Source: Camelus ferus
Taxonomy: Eukaryota
DNA: 64,000 nt
Direction of reading: 5' to 3'
NCBI RefSeq assembly: GCF_009834535.1
Contig: NC_045699.1
Coordinates: forward strand, 75,206,001 to 75,270,000
This document shows, in pieces, positions 23,247 to 41,284 of this stretch. Each line of letters starts with the position of its first letter. Positions within the stretch are counted from its first letter, which is position 1. A program made the translations under genes and the position numbers. The notes below the pieces were generated by a model, which saw only the letters and a list, made by a program, of their open reading frames with translations, was not told the origin of the DNA and did not search any database.

Positions 23247-23660
23247 CCGACTGCCGGCCGCCCAGCATTCGGAGAAGGACGCGGCGGCGACCGGGGTGGC
23301 GGAGAGTGGGTGGCGGAGGCGGGCGGATGAAGCCAGGTTGAGAGCAGGGTCGGCGGGCCCGGAGCTGCGGCGAGAGCGGGGCCAGGGCCGGGATGGTGGG
23401 GGGCACTGCTCAGCTCGGGCGCGACACTCCTCCCACTTCCGCCGCCGTCCCCTCTCCGCGACTCCTTCCGGAGCGCCAAGGCAGGACTTCCGGCCTCCGT
23501 AGACGCCCCGCGCGAGGGAGGCCGGGCTCCCGCGCCCCCTGCCGGCCGGCGGACCTCAGCTGGCCCTACGTGCTCCCCTCGCGCTTAGCAGCCGCCCAGA
23601 CGCGGGCTTGGGAGACGCGCGCCGCGTGTCCTGCACGGATTCTCGGGACAGCTGAGCTGA
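23050..23660 (-). promoter_or_regulatory. DPH7 CpG island promoter
   Basis: CpG-dense; ETS CGGAAG motifs at ~23435-23441, ~23465-23471 and ~23486-23492 on the minus strand. Confidence 0.75.
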
Positions 23661-24052
23661 TAGAGGAAAGCAGGGCATGGGAATGGGGCGGGTAAAGGGC
23701 CTGGACACCCAGGGAGCCGAGTTCAGGGTCTGACGCAAAGGGACTGAGCCTGGTCTGCCCTCCCTGACCCTCTGGAGGGCCTGAGTGCGGTGCGTCGCGG
23801 GGCGCAGACCTGCCGGCTGGACAGCACAGAAAGCAGACAGGGCTGGCCGGAGGGCACTGGCAGGGGTGGAGGGCGGGAAGGTGAACAGAGGGCACGGAGA
23901 ACCAGGGTCTGGGCAGAGGGGCAGGCTCTGCCTGCCAGTTAGACTTAGGATGCAAGGGAGACCAGCAGTCATGATCTGATTTGGGAGACCGAGTACGTGT
24001 TGACACCGTTCAATAAAATCAGTTGACTCTACAGTATGTTGAGGAACGCAAG

Positions 24053-24602
24053 TGTGGGCTATCTTAAGGATTTAATTGTGTATCCCCCACAGATATGTTT
24101 AAGTCCTAACCTGAGTACCAGAGAATGTGACCTTTGGAAACAGGGACTTTACAGAAGTACTCTGGTTAAAACCAGGTCATTAGGGTGACCCTAATCCACT
24201 AGGACTGGCCTTATGAGGGGGAATTTGGACTGTGAGACACCCACAGACGGAAGAAAACATAAAGACAGGCTTGCCAGGTATTCTGATCTACAGGGCATGG
24301 CTGCCCTAAGCCAGGAGTCCGGAGCACACCTTCCCTTCCCTTGAGCCTTCAGAGTGAGCCCAGCCCTGCCAATGCCTGGACATGAGGCTTCCAGCTTCCA
24401 GCACCCAGACAATACATTGTTGGGTGTTTTGTTTTGTTTTGTTGGGGGGTAGGTTTATTTATGTTACAGAGGAGGTACTGGGGATTGAACCCAGAACCTC
24501 ATGCTAAGCACACACTACCAACTTGAGCTATACCCTCCATCCACAATACATTGTTTTTAAGCCACCCAGTTTGTAATGCTTTGTTGTAGTAGCCCTGGGA
24601 AC
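24053..24602 (+). mobile_element. MLT1-type (MaLR) LTR interrupted by a SINE
   Basis: aattgtgtatccccc...gtcctaacc...gaatgtgacctttggaaacagggac...ttaagccacccagtttgtaatgctttgttgtagtagccctgggaac. Confidence 0.75.
24422..24542 (-). mobile_element. tRNA-Ala-derived SINE with perfect 13-bp TSD
   Basis: TSD acaatacattgtt at 24409-24421 and 24543-24555; tRNA head and aataaataaacc tail on the minus strand. Confidence 0.9.
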
Positions 24603-26516
24603 CTGGACGTGAGACTGAAATCCACATGGATACGTGGGTAGTGAGCCTGTGGCTCCAAAGTGGTTTCTACGACTGGAAATACAGACGTGGGTCCACAGCT
24701 AGGACGGCAGCTGCAGCACAGCAGCAGAAACGGTTTCAGGAAGCAACCGGGCACCCTGAAGCCACGTGTCTTGATTTGACCTGGTACCAAAGGCAGTCTG
24801 GTCAAGCAGCCCCACACCATGCTCCAGTTAAGAACAAGTCCCACGTTTTAACCATGTGAGTGAATGCTGAACATTCAGAGGCTCTCAGATGTGTGGCTAT
24901 CAAGGTCAAGAGGTCAGAGCCATCAAAAGAGAAAGTAAACCTGGGGCGGGTTATCAGATGAAGGACAATGGATGCAAATGGGGTAAGAGCAGTCTGTGGA
25001 CCCTGGGACGCCTTCAGCAGGGCGTCCACTGCAGAGGCCATGGTAGGGGTGTGAGTGAACACCTGGAGCCCCACAGTACCTGCCCCGCTCCAGCGCAGGG
25101 CCCTGCACCAGCAGACTCAGGGTCCCTATCACCCAGCACAGGGCACAGCACCCTCAGGTAGGGGACAGCCACCAGCTACTGCAGTGGCTCCTGCAGTCAC
25201 CTCAGACAGCAATCCCCGGGTCAAGGCTATTCCAGATGAGCCCATGAGACCCGGCAGAAAGCAACCAGGGTCAGGACCCAGTGTGGCATCCTATGGGGGA
25301 GCTGAGACCCCGCCGCTTCCCTTTCAGTGTAATTGCCCTATGAACGGCTGACCACAGAGCAGTTGGTGCCAGTCAGGGAATGTGAACAGGCTGGAGGTCC
25401 GCCCTGACTGCTCCCCAAAGGACACAGGCAGGACCCACAGCCTATGCTCCGGGCCTCCTCAGCCCAGGAGCCTGTGTTTGAAAGCAAATTGAGCACACCC
25501 ATGGCTCCATGTCTGACGCTCGCCGAAACCTCAATGTGCTGGCCTACTCAGGAGGCCCCAACCTCAACAGTCCCGGCCACAGCTGGCCTCCAGAAGCAGG
25601 GGTTATCCCACCCTGGACTTGTCCCAAGGGCTCCAGCCAGCTGCTGTCTGTGACTGTCTCTCAGGATCACACGCCCTCCTCCCGGTAGCTTCCTGAGCCC
25701 CACTACTGCTCACCGAGGGTCCGGAGCCCACAGCCAACCTCACCTATGCAGCAAAAAGGTCCTGACCTGGAAGGCCCACTACCCCCAAACTGCACAGCAG
25801 CAGTCTTTTCAGTAAAACCCACGTGGAGCATATAAAGTTCCTGCCTTCCCTTGGGGTCAGGACAGTCTTCCTCCTGCTCCTTGAATGTTGCTCTCACCTG
25901 TGTCCCCAGCCCTGAATTCCGGGACACATGCCCAGAAGGCGCCAAGTTCTGTAAAAGGAGCTACTAAAAGCTCAGCTCACAGACCAACGGCCACCTAGTG
26001 GCTGGCCCCAGCCCGGGGAAGCAGCAAGAGCACGCAGCCTCCTGGAAGATGGCAGAAGGTGGCAAACGGGAAGGTGTGGCAGAGGCCTGCAGGACCAACG
26101 TGGGGCCAGGGAGGGCCCGGGACAGATGGTCAGAGTTGGTGTGGTCAGCCTTCACTCTCCCAAGATCAAGGCCTCCAGCAGGCTGGCTGGCTGGCCCTGG
26201 AGACCAGCAAGTCCCCAGCCAGACGGCCTGGCCCCAAGTAACTCTGCAGGTGTACCCGGTGCTGCCCAGCTCTCAGAGGTTTGTGGCTCCTGGAACAGAG
26301 GGAGGCCTGGCCTGGGGATACAGCCCAGCAGCCAGGGAAGCAGTGCTCACCCCTCTGGGGCGCTCCAGTTCATAGGGCGGACCTCAGCGGGCCTGCCGGG
26401 CAGAACCTCCTGCCCCCAGCTCCCACCCACTCAGTGCATGAGTCAAATGAGAATTCACCAGGGCCGGGGCCAGAGCAGCGGGCAACCTACAAGAACCCCC
26501 AGCAGCTCCTGCCCCA

Positions 26517-26546
26517 GGACAAGGACAAGGACAAAGACAAGGACAG
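26517..26546. repeat. (GGACAA)5 hexamer repeat
   Basis: ggacaa ggacaa ggacaa agacaa ggacag. Confidence 0.85.
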
Positions 26547-26628
26547 GTCTGGGTCTCCTTTGCACCCCCACCCCCAGATGGCAGATGAGGAGAGCAGAGA
26601 GCAGCCGGCACGCCGGGCGGTACCACCC

Positions 26629-26634
26629 TTTACT
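26629..26634 (-). terminator. Probable ZMYND19 poly(A) signal (variant AGTAAA)
   Basis: By eye, the only PAS-like hexamer within ~2.5 kb of the stop; upstream UGUA motifs near 26699, 26757 and 26768; UG/U-rich repeat downstream. Confidence 0.5.
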
Positions 26635-26874
26635 TCGCCTTGTGCCACAGTCCCAGGCCGCCGCCCTGCCTGACTCAGCAGCCCAGGAGCTCAGGTGTTA
26701 CAGCAACCAACCCAATTGTAACCTCCGCCCCCCACCGCCTCCCCCCAAAAAAACTGTACATGAGTTTACAAACGTATTAACATATAAATAAGGAGAAGCG
26801 TCCGCGGGAGCCTCCCAGCTGTCTCTGAGCTCCAGGAGCCGGGCCGCAGGGCATGGGGCCCTGGGCGGTGGTGC

Positions 26875-26916
26875 TGGTCCGGGTCTGGGTCCGGGTCCAG
26901 GTCCGGTGCAGGTGCG
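26875..26916. repeat. (GGGTCC)-like hexamer repeat in the ZMYND19 3'UTR
   Basis: tggtcc gggtct gggtcc gggtcc aggtcc ggtgca ggtgcg. Confidence 0.8.
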
Positions 26917-27021
26917 GGAGTGACTCCTGCGGCAGCTCCGGGTCCAGCCGCCTGCCGGTGTTGGCAGCGCCCCAGGGAGATGGGAAGCCGCGAGTGCAGG
27001 GCTGCACGCTCCACTGCCCGG

Positions 27022-34237
<7,216 letters not shown>

Positions 34238-34430
34238 GGCCGGGCCTGCGCTCGGCCGGCGGCGCCGCTCCCTCGGGAAGCGCCGGGGCCAGGGCGGGGC
34301 CGCGGCGCGCCGGGCGGGCCAGGCGGACGAGTCGAGGTCGGGATCGGGGCCGGGCAGGCGGGCGGGCAGGCGGGACGAGGCTGGGCCGGGTTCGGGCCGC
34401 CGCCGCCTCGCGCCCGCCGGACCTGCCACG

Positions 34431-34451
34431 CGCCGCCGCCGCCGCCGCCGC
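34431..34451. repeat. (CGC)7 in the presumed ZMYND19 5'UTR
   Basis: Direct count. Confidence 0.85.
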
Positions 34452-35249
34452 GCGCACCACAGCGAGCGGGACCGGGGGCGGGGCGCGGGCTGACACACCC
34501 CCGCCCGCCGCCGCCCGGCCAATCCCGAGGAGCGCACTGCGCCGGCCGGCGCGCGCCGCCACCCCGCGGCCAATTGGCGGAGGCCGAGTGCGCCAGCGCA
34601 CTGAGGAGAAAGGCGAGTGCGGGGGAGGGGCGCGGCCGGGGGCGGCGCCTGCGCGGCCGCCCCGCGCGACGTCAGTTTCGCGGGAAGCTTTGTGCGGGAG
34701 GCGGCGCTACCGGCTCCCGGTCTCGGGACCCCGACCCTCATCCCCCGACCTCGCCGCCCCGACCCGGCCTCTGCCCCGCGCCGGGTCCCCGCCCCTCGCG
34801 GAGGGCGGCCTGGCTCCGCGCCCGGTGCCGTCCAGGCTCTGTAGGTCCGAGTCTTCGCGGGACTGGCTGTGGCTCCCCATAAACGGTCCCCAGTCCTCGG
34901 GCGGCGGGCAGGAGGCCAGAGTGGGGACGGGGCCCCGGAGCCCAGGGGCTGCTGTGACGTAGGGACTCGGGGGCCAGTGCCGACCGGACCTGGGAGCCCC
35001 GCGAGTGGCCCTGGCTGGCCGGGCACCGGCCCGCCCTCCTGCTCTTTTGACAGCCTCCTCTCAGGGGCCTGGGCCAGGACCCCTTAGCCCATCCTCGGCC
35101 TACGCCAGCCTTCCCTGGGCCTCGAGCCAGGGTGCTGAACAAGCTAGGCCAGGTCCTTCCCGAACAGGAACTCCAAGGCCTGACGACTTTGGGGGCTTCT
35201 GTCTGTTTCCTGGCAACCACCCTAGCTGGGCTGTCACCCCTGGCCCTCA

Positions 35250-36760
35250 GTGAGGGAGGCAGAAAAGGCCCGTGACCAGTGCGTTACAGGCCCTGTTGGA
35301 AAAGAATAAATGCTCTGGGAAAACAAGTGGACCAGCATCAGGGTGCTGGGGGCCTCTGGAAGGTGGTGGACAGAGTAGGCCCCAGTGACAAGTAATTGGA
35401 ACAAACAGAGGAGGAGAGTGAGAGAGCCCCATGTGGCTGTGTAGGAGAGTTCCCAGCAGAGGGAAGAGCCCGTGCAGAGGCTGTAAACTGGGGGCACATT
35501 TGGAGTGTTTGAAAAGTGGAGGAGGCCATTGTGACCAGACTGGAGTGAATGAGAGCAACAGGATATGAGCCAGAGAGGGGGTCACATGGACCCTTGTAAA
35601 GACTTTGATTTCTTTTGTTAGTTTTTGGTTTTTTTTTAACACCTTTCTTCTGGTATGGTTCTTGCACAGTAAACTACATGTATTTCAGATGTACAATTTG
35701 ATGCATTTGGATATCTGTATGCACCCATGAAACCACCCCACAATCCAGATACATAACATTTCCCTCCGTCCCCAAGAGGTGCAATTTTCCAATTCCCAAT
35801 TTATTGCTTCCCACCCCCTTGAACCCCTGGTAGTCATAAGATTGTTTTCTATGTCTGTGAGTCTGTTTCTGTTTTGTAGGTTAAGTTCATCTGTGTCCTT
35901 TTTTTAGATTCCACATATTATCGATAACATTTGGTATTTTTCTTTCTCTTTCTGGCTTACTTCACTTAGATTGACCATCTCCAGGTCCAAGGGACTTTGA
36001 CTTTTACACTCAGGAAAGTGAGGCCACTGGAGGATTGGGACAGGGATAGCTTTTCAGTGCATCCCGCTGGCTGATGGAGATGGCAGTTTGTAGGGGAGAG
36101 AGTGGAGGCAGGCAGGCCATTGAGGAAGCTAGTGCAAGCGCCCCGCTGAGAACTGACTGTGTTTGGACACCTTCGGTGCAGTGTTCTGCAGCACCCAGCA
36201 GAGCATGCGTTTTGTGGCAGCAACAAACAACCCTGAATTCTCAGGGACTTAGCAGCACAAAAATGTGTTTCTTGCTCATGCTAGATATTAAGGTTATAAG
36301 GCAGTTGAATATACAAGTACAGAGCTCAGGGAGGCGTCCAGCCCAGGTATAAATTTGGCATTCATTAGTGTATTTGTTGTGTTTTAAGCCATACAGCTGG
36401 ATGAGATCACCATGGGCAGAAATGCAGACAGAGAAGAAGAGGGACCAAATATTGAGCCCTGGGTACTCACATTAAGGGGAAGGGAGATTGAAAGAGGAGG
36501 AGCCCGGAGCCAGGTGAAGACAATGGAAGTGTGCACAGGAGGGATCAGCCCCAGAAGCTGCTGAAAGGTCCCAGACTGTGAGTGGAGCTGGGCACTGGCT
36601 CCCTGCACAAGTGAGCGATGCGGGGTCAAGGAGTGTGGAAGGAAAGATTGGAGACCCGGAGACAGACAACTCTTCTGAGGCGGTTTTGCTGAAAATGGGA
36701 GCAGAGAAACAGCCAAAGTGGGAAAGAAAAGGCAAGTCAAGATATAGTGGAAAGGAAATG
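35250..36760. mobile_element. L2 fragments with an inserted minus-strand L1 3' end (~35620-35990)
   Basis: L2-like ctgtgcagaggctg...gtgagagagccccatgtggc; L1 3'UTR ttgttttctatgtctgtgagtctgtttctgttttgtag...ttagattccacata...ctggcttacttcacttag. Confidence 0.6.
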
Positions 36761-37062
36761 GCACATGGCTCACCAGTGGGAATGACCCCACAGGGGAGAA
36801 TGGGGTGGGAGGTGAGGGGGTGGACAGAGCATTAGGGGATGGTTCAGCTCCGCCAGTTTGGAGGGGAGTCTGAGAGGAGTGTGGGTGTGGAGGTCGGAAT
36901 CGGGGTCGCTCTCTTCTGATGAGAAGTTTCTACCTTCTCAGGAAACAAGTTGAAGGTGAGGAGAAGGGAGCAACTGCTAGTGGTTGGAGGACACCAGGAG
37001 GGAACAGGAAGCACAGTAGGGTGGCCCCGCAATGTGAAGGGGACCCTTCAGTGTGACTGTGT

Positions 37063-37246
37063 GTGTGCTTTTTTTTTTAATGGGAGGCCACTGGTCTATC
37101 ATTTAAGTGGCCACCCAATTTTTTTTTTTTTTGAGGGGAGATAATTAGGTTTATTTATTTATTTTTAACTGAGGTGCTGGAGATTGAACCCAGGACCTCG
37201 TACATGCTAAGCATGCACTCTACCACTGAGCTGTACCCTCCCCTCT
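37063..37246 (-). mobile_element. tRNA-Ala-derived SINE with extended composite tail
   Basis: Head at 37150-37244, T14 at 37119-37132, extra 40 nt, T10 at 37069-37078; TSD tgactgtgt at 37054-37062 and 37247-37255. Confidence 0.85.
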
Positions 37247-38924
37247 TGACTGTGTTTTTCTCCAGCCTACTTGGGCTGCTCCGGAGAAGGCAAGGTGGAA
37301 GAAGAGAATTAGATCTAGCCAAGACTGTGGCTGTGCTGGGCGACTGGAGTGAGGTGAGGGGAGAGAGGAGGACGGTCTAAAAGAGAGTGGTCCCAATGCT
37401 TGCCCTGCCCGGGGCATCTGAGCTGAGTGAGGAAAGAGCAGAGGACCCCAGCAGGGGCGGGTCCGAGGGTTGGAGGTCCCCCTGAGGCCCAAAGGATGGA
37501 CGCTGGAGGGAACGAGCGAGGGGGCAGGTGAGTCAGAGTTGTGTGGCCTTAAGACCCCTAAGGGGCTGCATTAGCCGGTGAAGATCACGATTTCTGTTGC
37601 CTAGTGACGTGCGATAAGCCACTCAAGATGTCCGGGCTTGAAACAATGTGGATTCACTATGCTGCACAGCTCTGTGATTGACCGGCGCTCTTCTGTTCCT
37701 CACGGTGTTAGCTGGGTCCCTCCTTCAGTTGGGCTCAGCTGGGAACTTGCCTGCGGCACTCGTCTCTCTTCCAGGGGACCCTCTCTGTAGAGTGTCTCAT
37801 TACCCAGGCAGGATTGTCTGGACTGCTCCCAGTGACAAGTCCCAGTGGGCCTGTGCTTGAGTCACACTTGCTGGTATTCCACTGGCCAAAGCAAGTCCTG
37901 CGGGCAAGCCTGGAATCCATGAGGGAGGGATGTGGACAAGAGTGTGAGTCCTGGAAAGTGTGGTCCACTCGGGGGCCACCAGTGGACCAGCCTGCCCCCA
38001 GTCCACCCTCTGGCCCCTGATAATTCATGCTTCTCCCACATGAAGACCTCAGAACCACCACCTCACCAAGGCTCTAGGCTTCAACAGCACTGCTGAAATC
38101 CAGCAGGCATTTGTCACAATGTTCCTTCAAGGACTCGCTGCTCCCTGCACGTGGTTCCCTAATCCACTGTTTTCTAGAGTTCCTGGCTTCTTCTTCTGCA
38201 CCTAATTCTTGCCTCTTATTTCAAACTTTGTCCATTTTAGCTCAAGCAGCTCCAACTCTTAAGAAAAACTTTGTGGATTTTCTATGCATCAAATTCCAAG
38301 TCACTTCATTAGACAAAAGCCACACCTCAAATATCTTTGAGATGGCTCCTGTCTGCCATGGACAACAAGCCAGGTGCTGCAGGACAGTGACCCCAAGACA
38401 CTGGGAAGCCCTCCCGTGTGGCCGACAGGAGCCATCCCCCAGGGGTCTTAGCAGGGCATCCTGCGCCACACCCCTGATGCTACTCTGAGTCCCCATGTTG
38501 CTGCCAGTGCCCTGGGTGCCGTTTCTCACCCCGAGCCCTTTTGCTACCTGGAAAGGCTGGGACTGAGAATGGTTTTACTTTGCAGCTGCGAGACCTAGCT
38601 TGAGATATTCCTCCAGCTTCTGCTGGGACCTGGAACAGTGCTTCTTAAGTTCATTTCTCCTTTGTTTATTTGCCTTTAGTATAAACAACTGAAAGAAGCC
38701 AGTTGGCCCTTCACACTTTCTGCCAGGAAAGTCAGATCATTAGGTACATTTTTTGTCTTCCACGTCGCTGCAGGCAACAGTCTCACCGCCTTTCTGCCAA
38801 TACCTGACACGGCTAACCCTCCAGCCCCGATCAGCGGTGTTCTCGCTCCCTGCTTCCAAGGTAAGGGCCACATTTTAGACTTTTGTAATGGCGTATCTCA
38901 CTCCTGAGTGCCAGTGTCTGCTCC

Positions 38925-39430
38925 AGGTATCTGCTGCCGCACAGTAAATGACCCCAAAACTCAGTGGCTGAAAACAGCTATTGCTTGTCTCGCGATTCTG
39001 TGACCTAGATCGGGCTCAACCTGTTGATTCTTCTGCTGTTGGCAGGGGTGGTAAGTTGTCTCAGGTGTGATGCTCCACCCACAGCAGGCCTGTGACTTTC
39101 TTGATGCATTTAATGTAGTGGAAAGTTCTGGGGCTTCTGAGCCCAGACCTGAGCCCAGCTTCCCCCACCTTGGGGGCCTGCCCACACAAAGTCAGTCTCA
39201 TGACCTGGAGACTCTCAACAAAGCATGTGGGGAGACCTCAGGGAACGGATATCTGACCAGCCCCCAGCTACCCCAGCCACCCTAGTCAATGTGTCAGATG
39301 CAAGCAAAAAAGACATCTTGGACGTTCTAGCCTTGACAGGTATAACGCAGAGTAGAAGAGCTTCTGGCTGAACGCAGCCGAGTTTTCGGAGTAAGTGATA
39401 AACTGCGGAGGTCTGTTATGCAGCTATAGA
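38925..39430. mobile_element. MLT1-type LTR fragments
   Basis: accccaaaactcagtggctgaaaacagc... and the end ggtctgttatgcagctatagataccagaaac. Confidence 0.6.
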
Positions 39431-40649
39431 TACCAGAAACTTCCAGGGTCACTTGTGCAGCCACTAAGAATTCCTGCACGAGTGGTGTTAGAGAGAATGA
39501 CAGTGAGTGAGTCGGGAGCTGAAGTCACCAAAGGATAAGGGGGCAGGGCCTGGCTGTGAAGGTGACAACAACAGTGGTGGGGGGGTTCAGTCTGGGAAAA
39601 TGAGAGTTAAAGCTGTCAGGGCTTTTAGGGTGAAGGGGGAAACAGTCTGGAAGTGGGCACAAGGAGTCAGGAGGGCACCCACCCTACCTCCAGGCTCAGG
39701 GTACAGGGGTTGTGTGAAAACAAGCAGCTACGCTGTAGAACCTCTAGGGGAAGCCCAGGGTCCAAAAGACCAAAGAGGAAAGGAAGAGAGGTTGGGTGTT
39801 GGTAGTGATGGCAGATGGGAGGGCATAGTGGCAGAGTTTCCAGCACAGGGCAAGAGGGAGACAGGGTCAGTGTGGGAAGCCCTGCGGGGGTCCGAGGTGG
39901 GAGATAAGGGAGACCTGGGATAAAGGGCACCTACTTTCTGTCCCCATTTCCTCCATCTCAGCAGCAGCCCACACAAACTCACTCCCTCCTTCCTGAAACA
40001 CTCCCTTTTTGACTCTGGGTGGACATCTGGTATTTTGGGGCTGCCCCCAATCCTCTCCATCCCATGGGCACCCAGACCTCCTTGTTCAGGGATTACCCCA
40101 CTTGCATAGTCTTGACAGGAAAGTGTCTGAAGCCGGCCAATCAGATGCTCCCTCCTGGAGCACTGGAATCAGGGGAGGCCCGGGGGGCCTGCTGCCTGCT
40201 GCGTACCCCTGGCCCTGGGGACTGCCTGGCCCCTCCCCTTCCTCAGCCTGGCTCAGGGGGACCCCTCCAGCCTGTAAGTCCCCTCTTAGGTCGCTGGAGG
40301 GCTAATTAGCTTTCTGTGGCTTTCACCCTCCAACTCTGATGTCACCAGCGTTTTGAATAGACCTATATTTACAAACAAGGGTCTAACAAATCTACTCCTT
40401 TGTCTCCCCCAAACTCATGCCTAGAAGTGCCAGTTCTTTTGGGTGCGTATGGGCAACCCAGACTCTGCCTGTCATCATTCCCGCACCCCCCCAACCCCAA
40501 ACAACCTGTATCCAGGCCGGTCGTCTTCATCAAAAAGATGCCACCCCACTCGCCCAGCTGTTCTGGACAAAAACCTGGAGTCATCTTGACGCCCTCTTTC
40601 AAGCAACCCTGTATTTAACCTGCCAGTAGGCGCCCAGGTTCCTTCTCTA

Positions 40650-41249
40650 AGCCCAGCCTTCTCTCCCGTAGACCCATGCACGGTCTGCCCGCGAATTCGC
40701 CCCCGGGTATCGAGCCCCACCCCTCACCTGCCCCCTCCCCCCGCTGCGGGCCAATACCCCCCCCCCCCCGTCCTGGGTCACCAGCCCAGCCTGGACTCAT
40801 CCCAAAGTCGAGAAACGCAGGGTCGGGGAGACCCCTGGGCGGGGCCTGGGACAGGGCGCCGACCCGGCCCGCCTCCTCGACAGGTGGGGCGGTCGCGCTT
40901 CCCGGGGCAGCAGGAAGCGCGGGTGAGCCAGGTTCCGCGGCCCGCGCCGAGCCCCACCCTTCGGGTCGGCGCCGGGAAAGGTGGGCTGGGGGAACCAGAG
41001 GGCGGGAAGACCGACAGAGGCTGAGCTGGGGGATCAGGCAGGAGCAGGCGGGGGGCGAAGAGGGGGGTCGGGGGGTGGACAGGGAGGGGTGGGGACAAGG
41101 CACGGGGCGCTGGGGAACGCAGGCTGACGGGGCAGGGCCGGGGACAGCTCTGTCTGGGTGGCGACTGGTGGCGGGGTAGGGGGGCGGGGGGAGCAGGGCC
41201 CGGGGCGGGGCGGGGCGGGGGGCGGATCGGGGAGGGCGGGGCTCGGAGC

Positions 41250-41284
<35 letters not shown>

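Noticed and set aside
11138-23270. DPH7 as a pseudogene
   Set aside because: All exons, splice sites and the reading frame are intact over 454 codons; only the start codon is anomalous.
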